Shown here in pieces: positions 9,681 to 17,834 of a DNA stretch of 64,000 nucleotides; the stretch's first letter is position 1, and each line of letters starts with the position of its first letter. The position numbers and the translations under genes are program-made. The notes under the pieces were generated by a model, which worked only from the letters and a program-made list of their open reading frames with translations, ran no database searches and was not told where the DNA came from. The stretch is from the IMG/VR virus record IMGVR_UViG_3300037882_004081, positions 1 to 64,000 of that record; one strand, given 5' to 3'. This stretch comes from a virus.

Positions 9681-10064
9681 TCAGTCGGCCTGTTTCACGC
9701 CTTCCTCAAACGGGGTGACGTATCCACCGAATGGCAGGACGGCTCGTACGAACCCTTCCCGCATGAGCAAAAATCCAGACTGCCCTTGGCGGTTATCATA
9801 ATTCACCACTTCGTCACCCGGTTCGGCGAGGTTCAAGAACTGAAGTGCCTTGCTACGCTCCAACTTCTCGTCGTCCTCAGTGCCGTTTACCGCAAGAGCT
9901 TCCAGGTATTCGTCGATCCAAAGCTCCTTATCCCAGTTTGTGACCGTCAGCTGGGATCGTTCCAGCAGATCGCTTTCCCGAAGTAACACGTCTTCCACGA
10001 GTTCAACCTGCCGAAGCAGGACATTGAACACTGGGGAGATGGACGGGATGTCTGCTGTTGCCAT
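9681..10064 (-). CDS. Hypothetical acidic protein
   Basis: Start re-assigned to MATADIP just after the upstream stop. Confidence 0.65.
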   Translation of the reverse strand: MATADIPSISPVFNVLLRQVELVEDVLLRESDLLERSQLTVTNWDKELWIDEYLEALAVNGTEDDEKLERSKALQFLNLAEPGDEVVNYDNRQGQSGFLLMREGFVRAVLPFGGYVTPFEEGVKQAD

Positions 10065-10066
10065 TG

Positions 10067-10279
10067 CTACGCGGCCTTTTTGGTAAGGGTCAGGAGACCC
10101 GATGGTTGCTCCTTGACGATCAAGTGATCCGGCAGGGCTGCGACAGCCTTTTCTCCGGGTTCCTTGGCGGTGAAGAAGTACAGGACGATGTCGGGCTTCC
10201 CTTCGCGCTTGGTGCGATTGGCACACAGGCTGTAAGTTTTGCCCTTCGAGTTGGTGTATTGGAATGCAGTATTAGGCAT
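10067..10279 (-). CDS. Small conserved basic hypothetical protein
   Basis: YTNSKGKTY.L...LYFF...LP....V.E..SGL..L.K pattern recalled from a widespread uncharacterised small-protein family. Confidence 0.7.
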   Translation of the reverse strand: MPNTAFQYTNSKGKTYSLCANRTKREGKPDIVLYFFTAKEPGEKAVAALPDHLIVKEQPSGLLTLTKKAA

Positions 10280-10312
10280 AGCAAACACGCAGAAAACCGG
10301 CTATGTAAAACT

Positions 10313-10822
10313 ATGCGCCTTTTACAACTGCTCTTCATCACCTTTGTCATGCTCGGAGCGTGCTCGTGCGCGTCCAAGCGCACGCCAGTGGCCAGTTCAC
10401 CACTCGGTGTGATCCCTCAGCCGGGTCTCTTCGTCGCTGACTATCCTGATATCCGTCCAGTGGACAGCACCAAGAATTACGAACTGCGCGAGGACTGGGA
10501 AGTCGTGTGGCACGGGAAACGGGTGGCGGTTCCAATGGGGTACCAATACGACGGGGCAAGCGTTCCAAGGTGGCTGTGGAGCATCACCGGGCTCACACCT
10601 GATGGACTCATGCGTTTGGGTGCGCTCCCGCATGACTGGGTGTACGACCACGCCGGTATTATGGACACTGAGTCGTTCACGCGGCTTGAAGCCGATCAAA
10701 TGATGTTCGACCTGTACCGGGCGGCTGGCATGACAAAGTTCGGTGCTGGTCTCGCATATCGCGGGGTGAGGATAGGCGGGTGGTTGCCATGGCGACGTAG
10801 CCTCACCGTCAACGAGCAGTAG
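10313..10822 (+). CDS. DUF1353-family lipoprotein
   Basis: Signal peptide with lipobox (LGAC/CSC); VPxGYxYDGASVPRWLW...HDWVY...READ...YRGVRIGG motifs. Confidence 0.85.
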   Translation: MRLLQLLFITFVMLGACSCASKRTPVASSPLGVIPQPGLFVADYPDIRPVDSTKNYELREDWEVVWHGKRVAVPMGYQYDGASVPRWLWSITGLTPDGLMRLGALPHDWVYDHAGIMDTESFTRLEADQMMFDLYRAAGMTKFGAGLAYRGVRIGGWLPWRRSLTVNEQ

Positions 10823-10912
10823 TGGAACCGAGGGTGGAATCGAACCACCTCATCCAGCTTTGGCCTACCATCTTTCGGGACGCGTTTGGACTAGAAGTGC
10901 ACAGTACCCGGC
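10823..10912 (-). tRNA. Atypical or degenerate tRNA-like RNA, Gly-like; no D-stem, enlarged anticodon region
   Basis: Perfect T-arm GGTGG-TTCGATT-CCACC; 6-bp acceptor GCCGGG/CTCGGT; U discriminator followed by encoded CCA. Confidence 0.55.
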
Positions 10913-10928
10913 ATGCGGAAAGAAAGCT

Positions 10929-11159
10929 TCAATGATCTTGCTTATCATCCTGAATAATCGATCCCTCGTACAGAAGAGCTGCTGACGTATCATCAACGCT
11001 GTACCCGTTCAGAGTGATGATTCTGTCAGACGGGGTGCCCATATTGATAACCATGTCTTCCCCAGACTTCGATGCTTCATCAGCAACGTTTTGCAACCAG
11101 CGGAGCATTTCAAAAATAGTGACGCTTTCGCGGTGGGCGTTGATGTCTCCTGGAGTCAT
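10929..11159 (-). CDS. Stand-alone paralog of the N-terminal domain of structural protein 4114-5763
   Basis: TIFEMLRWLQNVAD...TPSD..IITLNGYSVDDTSAALLYEGSIIQD vs TVLELHRWLQDLAD...TPSD..IINLINGFNIDDTAAQHLYGGSIIQD. Confidence 0.75.
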   Translation of the reverse strand: MTPGDINAHRESVTIFEMLRWLQNVADEASKSGEDMVINMGTPSDRIITLNGYSVDDTSAALLYEGSIIQDDKQDH

Positions 11160-11162
11160 AGG

Positions 11163-11963
11163 CTACATAGTGGACTGTTTGACGAACTCAGCGAGGTCGG
11201 GGTGAACGACCACCAAATCTGAAACGGGTAACAAAGGGTATGGGATCGGGGTTGAAAGACGGGCCAGCTTGATCCGGTTGCCGTTGATTTCGGTTTCGAT
11301 GATTTCCAGGACCTTCGCGTGGACGTCACCAGTGCCTAACTGATGGCGCACCGAAGATCCAATCAGCACGGGCTCTGGCTGTTTGGGGGCCTTGGCGGCG
11401 TACCGCTCGTTCCGGATGAACGTGACCCGCTCATACGTTTTTTTCTCGTCCAGCGTGACCACCAATCGGCTGAACCCTTCCCAGCTGGACGTGATGTACC
11501 CGGTGGTGGCATGCTCCACGTAACCGCAGAGCCGAAAGTGCGCGGTGATGTAGTCGAGGACGACCGAAGACATCTTGGACAACTTTTCGATCGAGTAAAT
11601 GAACATCGAGATTTCCTGCAGCCAGCACTCGTGGGCGTTGTCGGGAATGTTAAAGATGGCGCTTCCCGAGATGTTGGATGGGACGTTCCAAGTCGTTGGT
11701 ACCCGAGTGTTGTTCTTGGCGGACTCCCAGCCATCTTCGGTCAACCCCGGCTGGGTTGGAGTCTTGCGGATCGCCTCCACTTTCTCGTCATAGGAGTTTT
11801 CGAGCACCGCGAACCCATCGTCCTTGGTCACCCACGCCCAATCGCTGCAGCTAATCATGCACAGGAAGAGGTGCATGTCGGTCGGGTACAGGCACGGGTA
11901 GTGCATGCGAAGCCGCTTGATCGTCCGTTCTGCGTGGTTGAGTTCCTTGGTTTCTTTCGCCAT
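11163..11963 (-). CDS. Hypothetical early protein, leaderless start MAKETK
   Basis: ATG 6 nt after TATAGT; frame stays open upstream to a Zn-finger segment. Confidence 0.7.
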   Translation of the reverse strand: MAKETKELNHAERTIKRLRMHYPCLYPTDMHLFLCMISCSDWAWVTKDDGFAVLENSYDEKVEAIRKTPTQPGLTEDGWESAKNNTRVPTTWNVPSNISGSAIFNIPDNAHECWLQEISMFIYSIEKLSKMSSVVLDYITAHFRLCGYVEHATTGYITSSWEGFSRLVVTLDEKKTYERVTFIRNERYAAKAPKQPEPVLIGSSVRHQLGTGDVHAKVLEIIETEINGNRIKLARLSTPIPYPLLPVSDLVVVHPDLAEFVKQSTM

Positions 11964-12173
11964 GTTACCACTATAACACATAGATGGGGCTTTGTCAAGT
12001 ATGCCACATTTTTTGCAGGTGGTCCTCCGTTTGTGCCCTAGGAAACTGTGACCGCACTTTCGGCAGGCGTTGAAGTAGTTGCCGTTCTCAAGGTGGGCAT
12101 CTTCGGGCCAGTTCCGATCGGACTCAAGGAGTTGCAGCGCCGGAACAGTGGCGCGGCGAAGTTGGGTTGACAT
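11964..12173 (-). CDS. Zn-ribbon segment (CxxC...CxxC), in frame with 11163-11963
   Basis: NWPEDAHLENGNYFNACRKCGHSFLGHKRRTTCKKC; no stop before the downstream gene. Confidence 0.55.
11970..11998 (-). promoter_or_regulatory. Sigma70-type early promoter inside an open reading frame
   Basis: TTGACA-17 nt (TGTGT)-TATAGT. Confidence 0.88.
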
Positions 12174-12189
12174 ACCCCACCAGAACGAT

Positions 12190-12312
12190 CTATCCGCGTG
12201 GATTTTGGCTGTGAGCAATTGCCCACGCTACCAGCACGACTGCCCAGAACAGCACTATCCCAACAACGACGAGCGGGGATTCAAGGTCAACGCTTAGGTC
12301 CAGCCCCTTCAT
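12190..12312 (-). CDS. 40-aa single-pass membrane peptide
   Basis: Translated by hand: MKGLDLSVDLESPLVVVGIVLFWAVVLVAWAIAHSQNPRG; TAATG coupling. Confidence 0.55.
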   Translation of the reverse strand: MKGLDLSVDLESPLVVVGIVLFWAVVLVAWAIAHSQNPRG

Positions 12313-12941
12313 TAGGTTCGGATGGACCAAAGGAACGACAGGGACTGTCCTGGGCGTTTCACTACCCCAACCATGGCCTTGCGGGCAAAGAGAGTACCGT
12401 TGGAGGTCCAGAGACCCATCTCGCGGATTGTCTGGGCATTGGCCTCACTCGACGCGAGGTTGCATTCAAACCGGACGATAAACGACTGGGGATAGTCAAC
12501 TCGTGAAATCGGCTTGAGGAAGTCGGTGCCGTTGTACGCGATCATGTTGCCTCCACCTGCCGTAACGTCGGTGGGTTGTGGGGAAAGCGAAGAATCGGTG
12601 AAACGGGGAGCTTCGTCATATCGTCCCCAACTCACCTTCGTCACCACCCATGGGCTGGCCGATCCCGAAAACACGTCCCGGTTGCCCAGCAGATTGGCAA
12701 TAGTCTGGCGACCAAGGTTGACGACGAGGTTTTCACCGATCGCCACCCCACCACCCTCTGGCTTCGCGTACTTCCCAGCAATGCGGCGAGCGACAGCGAG
12801 ATTTTCGAAGACTCCAGCACTGAACGGATCGAGCACGTTGCCAGCTTCGTCCTTCACGGTCATCACGAGGTCGCCAAGGGGTCTCCCGGCCTTCCCGTCT
12901 GGTCCATAGAGGACCGGGTCAATGCTTGCAACGTCGTTCAT
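12312..12941 (-). CDS. Baseplate or tail-collar fibre-attachment-like structural protein
   Basis: ENLVVNLGR...IREMGLW...LFARK...SFLWSI pattern typical of myovirus baseplate proteins. Confidence 0.7.
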   Translation of the reverse strand: MNDVASIDPVLYGPDGKAGRPLGDLVMTVKDEAGNVLDPFSAGVFENLAVARRIAGKYAKPEGGGVAIGENLVVNLGRQTIANLLGNRDVFSGSASPWVVTKVSWGRYDEAPRFTDSSLSPQPTDVTAGGGNMIAYNGTDFLKPISRVDYPQSFIVRFECNLASSEANAQTIREMGLWTSNGTLFARKAMVGVVKRPGQSLSFLWSIRT

Positions 12942-12957
12942 CAGGATAAGTAACCCG

Positions 12958-13224
12958 TCACCACCCCATCAGCTTGGCGGTGTCAGGGAGAAGGATAGCG
13001 AGCATCCTGCGGAAGCCACCTGGATTCACCTCCGGGCACAGGCGCGAGAACGCTTTCCACTTGTCGTCCTGTTCTTTGACGACTGCAGCAACCGCCGAAT
13101 CAGACTTGGCACCGCGAGCCTTCGATTTGGTGGTGATTTCTTTGACGCACTCGTGGAACAGCATCTTGATGGTGCTGGTGGTCGGCGCGGCACGGTATCG
13201 GTCCGCCATCTCTTTGGCTTTCAT
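12958..13224 (-). CDS. Hypothetical protein
   Basis: MKAKEM start, ATGA-coupled. Confidence 0.6.
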   Translation of the reverse strand: MKAKEMADRYRAAPTTSTIKMLFHECVKEITTKSKARGAKSDSAVAAVVKEQDDKWKAFSRLCPEVNPGGFRRMLAILLPDTAKLMGW

Positions 13225-13721
13225 GGATCGGTGTGAAGTAGCGGCAGCGGCTTCCACTGATACCGCGGGTTGTTGGGCTCCCCAAAGCTGTGTCCGGGTA
13301 TGTAAGCGACGTTGACCCGGTATGGTGGTTCCATGGTGGCACTCGGGTAGATGGACTCTCCGAACTCCCGCTTACCCACTTCACGCACCATGATTGGGGT
13401 TCCATCGTCGTGAGTCCCACCATACACCAGTGACCTGCCCTTGTAATAGAAGAAGTATTGGCCGTTGATTTCAACGCCAAGTTCTCCGGAGTCATTCACC
13501 ACCCATCGCACGTCGTCATCGGTCAGCTTTCCTGGCACATGCTCGACGACCTTCACGGTCCGTCGTTGTTTGTGGAACTCGTCAAGGGGTCGGAACGCCC
13601 TGACGTGCCACCACCCAGCCAGTTTGGCCAGCCACCTCCACCGGTATTTGCCAAGTTCAAAGTCGCTGCCGCTTTCACCGTAGATCAGCCCAAGGTCAAC
13701 TAAAACAGAGTAGCGCTTCAT
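13221..13721 (-). CDS. Hypothetical phage protein
   Basis: MKRYSV start, ATGA-coupled; WVVNDSGELGVEI...FFYYKG motif. Confidence 0.65.
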   Translation of the reverse strand: MKRYSVLVDLGLIYGESGSDFELGKYRWRWLAKLAGWWHVRAFRPLDEFHKQRRTVKVVEHVPGKLTDDDVRWVVNDSGELGVEINGQYFFYYKGRSLVYGGTHDDGTPIMVREVGKREFGESIYPSATMEPPYRVNVAYIPGHSFGEPNNPRYQWKPLPLLHTDP

Positions 13722-14152
13722 GCTTTGTTCCAGAAAGAGGGGTCGTACCCGGCTTGCTGAGCAATCTGCCCGCACAATTTTGCGTGGTGATCGGCAACCA
13801 TCTTCGGGTCCCACCCCTTGCCGTCACCGATATCGATCGAGACCTCAATGAGACGGTCCTTGAGGTCAGCAATGCTTCGTGCCAAATATGGGGAACGGAA
13901 GTCTGGTTCATACCCCATTCCTTCTAGAACGACACGAGTAGCATCAAACAGCCATGATAAGTGGTTTCCACGGTCGTTCACCTGTTTACCCTGCTTCACC
14001 ACCAGTTCCCACTCGTCGGGATTGGTGAGGTCGTAAGTCATGACGGCGGTCACGCGACCCCCATAGTTGGCGGTCACGACGGCGGTATTTCCACCGATTT
14101 GGCTGCGGACGATGTCGCCCGCCTCCAGGGTTTTGAATGATTCTGGTCTCAT
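13718..14152 (-). CDS. Hypothetical protein with SH3-like N-terminus
   Basis: LEAGDIVRSQ... start at MRPESF. Confidence 0.6.
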   Translation of the reverse strand: MRPESFKTLEAGDIVRSQIGGNTAVVTANYGGRVTAVMTYDLTNPDEWELVVKQGKQVNDRGNHLSWLFDATRVVLEGMGYEPDFRSPYLARSIADLKDRLIEVSIDIGDGKGWDPKMVADHHAKLCGQIAQQAGYDPSFWNKA

Positions 14153-14160
14153 AGTTGGTA

Positions 14161-14526
14161 TTAGATGGTTTCGCCGATCATGATTGGTCCGGCGATGTCC
14201 GAAACGCACAGTTCGATGGCTTTATTGTAGGTGGCAAGGCCACTGGCCTTGGCGGACTCTGCGTCCTCAACGGCGAGGTGGTCAGCCCAGCAAATGGGCA
14301 GGTCGAACGTGAGCTTGGTCGAGTGGTGCGAATCCGACACGAAAAAATCAGCGGTCCAACCGCAGGACTCATCGAAGTCCTCGTTGACTTCCACGACCAG
14401 CAACCCAGCACTATCGAACGAGACTTCCTGAATCCACTCCCCCGGAATCCGCGTGTAACCCGAAGCGTAGGCAACGGCGACACTGTGGAGGACTTCGAGG
14501 TTGTTTGGGAAATGGACTGCGTTCAT
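14161..14526 (-). CDS. Hypothetical acidic early protein, leaderless
   Basis: ATG 6 nt after TATAGT. Confidence 0.7.
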   Translation of the reverse strand: MNAVHFPNNLEVLHSVAVAYASGYTRIPGEWIQEVSFDSAGLLVVEVNEDFDESCGWTADFFVSDSHHSTKLTFDLPICWADHLAVEDAESAKASGLATYNKAIELCVSDIAGPIMIGETI

Positions 14527-14532
14527 GGTGTA

Positions 14533-14561
14533 ACTATAACACACAAACGGAGCTTTGTCAA
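14533..14561 (-). promoter_or_regulatory. Sigma70-type early promoter
   Basis: TTGACA-17 nt (TGTGT)-TATAGT. Confidence 0.9.
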
Positions 14562-15241
14562 GTAACCCCCCGCAACCCGTCCGCCAACGTCGTGTTTCGT
14601 CCACCACCGATCTGCGGGAGCCCATCTTGCGGGATCATCTTGAGCGCGTGGAGTTCCTTCTCGACCGAAGAAGCCCCACTTGCAACTGCGATTGAGCGAA
14701 GCTCCGCCTTGGTGGTCATCGCATAAACGGGAACCCCAAGGGACTCAATGGCGGTTTTCCCGCCTTCCTCACGGTCCACCATCACAATGGCAAACGCCAC
14801 CTTTCCGCCTTCGTTCCGGATAGCCTCAATTGCCTGAATCGTGGAACCACCGGTCGTGATCACGTCATCCACCACGATCACCGTCTGTCCGGATTTGAAG
14901 TTGCCTTCAATGAGCTTTTTGGTGCCGTGGTTTTTGGGTGCCTTCCGCACGGAAAACGCATTCAGGTTGGGCGAAGACTGCATCGCAATTGCCAGCGAGA
15001 TTGGGTCAGCGCCCATCGTCAAACCACCTATCGCTTCAACCTTCCCGCCAAAGTCCCACACCACCCCCTGCACCATGCTCCATCCAATGTCGCCGATCAA
15101 TTTAGCTCCGTAGGAGTCCATTGAGGTGACGCGGCAGTCGACGTAAAAGTCGCTTTTGGCACCTGATGCTAGGGTGAAGTCGCCGAATCGCACGGATTTT
15201 TCGAGCAGCATTCGGATTAGGGCGTGTCTTTTTGCGTACAT
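14558..15241 (-). CDS. pyrE: Orotate phosphoribosyltransferase, auxiliary metabolic gene
   Basis: FGDFTLASGAKSDFYVDCR, GGLTMGADP, VRKAPKNHG, PRPP-binding VVDDVITTGGS, VDREEGG. Confidence 0.95.
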   Translation of the reverse strand: MYAKRHALIRMLLEKSVRFGDFTLASGAKSDFYVDCRVTSMDSYGAKLIGDIGWSMVQGVVWDFGGKVEAIGGLTMGADPISLAIAMQSSPNLNAFSVRKAPKNHGTKKLIEGNFKSGQTVIVVDDVITTGGSTIQAIEAIRNEGGKVAFAIVMVDREEGGKTAIESLGVPVYAMTTKAELRSIAVASGASSVEKELHALKMIPQDGLPQIGGGRNTTLADGLRGVT

Positions 15242-15383
15242 GGTAAGAGTGTTGTCTCGGTCCGGAGATCGGACGCAGCCGGACCAACGCAAACAAGGGT
15301 ACAGAAACCCCATCCAGACTCTCCGGGATCTAGATGAGCGCGCCAACCTCAGCAGACGCAGCCCATCCGATGGTTCAGAACGC
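15242..15383 (-). ncRNA. Candidate structured RNA or 5' leader upstream of pyrE
   Basis: Three hairpins with G-U pairs that favour the minus strand; duplicated GGCTGCGTC. Confidence 0.35.
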
Positions 15384-17300
15384 CTAAAGGTCCGTCAACA
15401 CTGCCTGAATGGCGTTAGCCACGATTGCGTTACCAGCATCCGACAGGTGCCATTCGTCGGCCTCATAGTTGGCACCCGACAGATCGGACACCTCGCCAAT
15501 TCCAGCGATCTCCGTAAGATCAATGAGGGTGTCGGCAAACGCTTGATACCCGGCGATGACGGCAGCATTGTAGATCGCACGCTCGTCTTCGTACCCCACA
15601 TCGATGCCGGGGGAATTGCGAGGAAGTTCGGTCGCAATGATCACGTGAGCCCCAGCTGCTCGGACAGTCGTGCAGAATTCTTCAACGATGTCGTACACGT
15701 CAGTACCGGTTTCACCGTCGGCAAGAAGGTCGGAGGCCCCACTCCACACCAACACGATGTTACGGGCTCGGTGGTTGGAAAGCATCAGCGCCAACCCGGT
15801 GGCAGTCGCCGCTTCGATCTCCTTGTTGGTGGCAGACGCTGGGATGATGTCCCACGTGGTAAGATCAGCTGCCACCAATTCGTGCCATGGGGTGCTGGCG
15901 ATGTCTCCATTGGCGATGCCAGAACCTTCGATAATCAGCTGAGGCTTGGCGTTGAGTGTCACGGAGCCAACCAGACCAAGGATGCGCTCAAGCTCCGAAA
16001 GCTCGTAGTAACTCAAGCACCGGCTGAATGAACCACAGCAAAGAATCGTACCCTCCAGTGGAGAGTCGGTGTCGGCGGTCGCACCACGCCCAACACGGTC
16101 GAATTGGAACGGAGTGTCACTGGTAACCGGAATCCCAGCGTAGCCGTTCTTGCGCAGGACTTGCCAAGTACCACCGTGCAATCCGACCAGCACGCGGAGT
16201 TCGGTGGGGTTGGACTCATAGGCGTTGGCGACTGCTCCAGACTCCGACATGAAGAAGTCGTTGCCAGCAGTCGTGCCGGTGTTGGGCGGGATCGCGAAGC
16301 CCTGGTTGGCGTCACTCGAAAGACCCAGCACGTAGTTGTATCCCGCTGAAGCCCTGGTAGCCGCTCTCACGACCGCAAAGACGGTCCGGGCGTAAAGCGG
16401 GGTAACGAGAGTGAGGAACTGATCGTTGGCGACCCCAGCGAAGTCGACTCCAGGTGTTGGGGCGTCGAAGGATGGACGATCACCCCCAGTACCTTGGGTG
16501 GCATGGTGTCCGTGTCCGGAAAGATCCTGCCAGAGCGCCACCGCTGCCGCATCGGCAAGCATTAGGTCGTCGGCGGTCCAGTAGGACTGTAGACCTTGAA
16601 TGCCGTTGACCGACCGCATCACGTTGGCGGTGGTAGCTGGACGACGCGTGCTCGGCGTGGAGTCCAGTGGCGCGGCATCAATGAGGTCAGGCACCAAGCA
16701 CATCCACGCGGACGCCAGTACGGTATCGGCGGTATCGTTGCGCAGCCGGAGGATAAGGCCACCGGTAGCGGCTGGTGTCACGCTCGGGGGAAGATCGTTG
16801 GCGAGGGTGTCGGCGACCTGCCATGCTGCTCCTTGGGCTCCCGTGAACGAGTCAAGCACCGTGGAGGTAGCTTCGTCGACAATCTCCAGCGTGAGATCGG
16901 CAAGGAGGTCAGTGAGAGCATCCGTGACCGCACATCCAGCAGTAATGAAGAATCCGGGCTGAGCGTCCGTGCTTGGGATTCCTCCAATGATCACGGTGGC
17001 ACCAGCCAAAATGCGGGTCGTGGGGAGGTTGAAGAACATTATCCCACGGTTAGTGAGACCACGAGCCAACTGAACGATCCCGCGTTGCACCAAAAGGTCC
17101 CGGTGGAACAGATCCCCTTGGACGCGCTGGTCCGTGAAGTAGTTGTACGGGTCAGACCCAACCGAAGCCCGGAGACGACTTTCGTCATCCACCCATGGGT
17201 CACCGGGCTCAGCGGTCTCCCCGCCCCATCCAGTCGCCCCGTCGTCCGGATTGAGCCAAGTCGGTGGGTACCGGTTATCGAGTCTGTTAAGCTGGATCAA
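15384..17300 (-). CDS. Tail fibre/receptor-binding-like protein with ConA/LamG-like and C-terminal SGNH-like domains
   Basis: WxADD...WQDLSGHGHHATQ lectin-like start; C-terminal EGSGI..., WSGASD, DEWHLSDAGN. Confidence 0.7.
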   Translation of the reverse strand: MIQLNRLDNRYPPTWLNPDDGATGWGGETAEPGDPWVDDESRLRASVGSDPYNYFTDQRVQGDLFHRDLLVQRGIVQLARGLTNRGIMFFNLPTTRILAGATVIIGGIPSTDAQPGFFITAGCAVTDALTDLLADLTLEIVDEATSTVLDSFTGAQGAAWQVADTLANDLPPSVTPAATGGLILRLRNDTADTVLASAWMCLVPDLIDAAPLDSTPSTRRPATTANVMRSVNGIQGLQSYWTADDLMLADAAAVALWQDLSGHGHHATQGTGGDRPSFDAPTPGVDFAGVANDQFLTLVTPLYARTVFAVVRAATRASAGYNYVLGLSSDANQGFAIPPNTGTTAGNDFFMSESGAVANAYESNPTELRVLVGLHGGTWQVLRKNGYAGIPVTSDTPFQFDRVGRGATADTDSPLEGTILCCGSFSRCLSYYELSELERILGLVGSVTLNAKPQLIIEGSGIANGDIASTPWHELVAADLTTWDIIPASATNKEIEAATATGLALMLSNHRARNIVLVWSGASDLLADGETGTDVYDIVEEFCTTVRAAGAHVIIATELPRNSPGIDVGYEDERAIYNAAVIAGYQAFADTLIDLTEIAGIGEVSDLSGANYEADEWHLSDAGNAIVANAIQAVLTDL

Positions 17301-17324
17301 AGTTCAAAAATGGTTGGTGGCGGA

Positions 17325-17633
17325 TTACTTGCCGCGCACGGAAATCAGTCGTCGAGCGAGTTTGGCGGCGAGGTCGGGACCAGCACCCGAATGGGTGGTT
17401 GGCCACACGACGACGGCGCGAGACTTGATCAGCACGTGCCGTTCGACACCGTTGGCGTCAAACAGGTTGAGTGCCACGCTCTGAGTCATCCGGTTTTCAA
17501 TGCGAATCGACGGGGTGGCGGCAACTGGCGTTTCCTCGACCACTTCTGGTTCCGGCTGCACAACTGGTTCTGGAGCCACGACTTCGACAGCCGGTACGAC
17601 TTCCAGATCTTGTTTTCGAGGTTTCTTAGCCAT
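17325..17633 (-). CDS. Hypothetical protein with a Pro/Glu/Val-rich N-terminus
   Basis: Clean ORF upstream of the fibre gene. Confidence 0.7.
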   Translation of the reverse strand: MAKKPRKQDLEVVPAVEVVAPEPVVQPEPEVVEETPVAATPSIRIENRMTQSVALNLFDANGVERHVLIKSRAVVVWPTTHSGAGPDLAAKLARRLISVRGK

Positions 17634-17663
17634 GAAGATAGGTAGACAGGTTTCTTGTGGTCT

Positions 17664-17834
17664 GTGAATAAAAAGCCGCTAACTTGCGAACACTGCCGCT
17701 GGTGGAAGAAAGGGGACTGTCGAGTTTTGAAGTTTCAGACTGGCCCTGAGTTTGGGTGCACGTTTCATGAGTTGAAGGGTCACAAAGGCACCAAGCCAAA
17801 GGTCACAAAAACTAACGGCGTATTCCCTCTATGA
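17664..17834 (+). CDS. 56-aa Cys-rich, putative Zn-binding protein
   Basis: Translated by hand: MNKKPLTCEHCRWWKKGDC...FGCTFHE; ATGA-coupled to the next gene. Confidence 0.6.
   Translation: MNKKPLTCEHCRWWKKGDCRVLKFQTGPEFGCTFHELKGHKGTKPKVTKTNGVFPL

Noticed and set aside
10823-10912. tmRNA call for the tRNA-like element
   Set aside because: Only 90 nt, no tag reading frame and no Ala identity elements.
17634-17645. ACCTATC upstream of several starts (17633, 24201, 40115, 60184) as a distinct regulatory motif
   Set aside because: Few copies; it is the reverse complement of the TAGGT motif and fits the general C/A-rich leader composition, so it could not be separated from chance.
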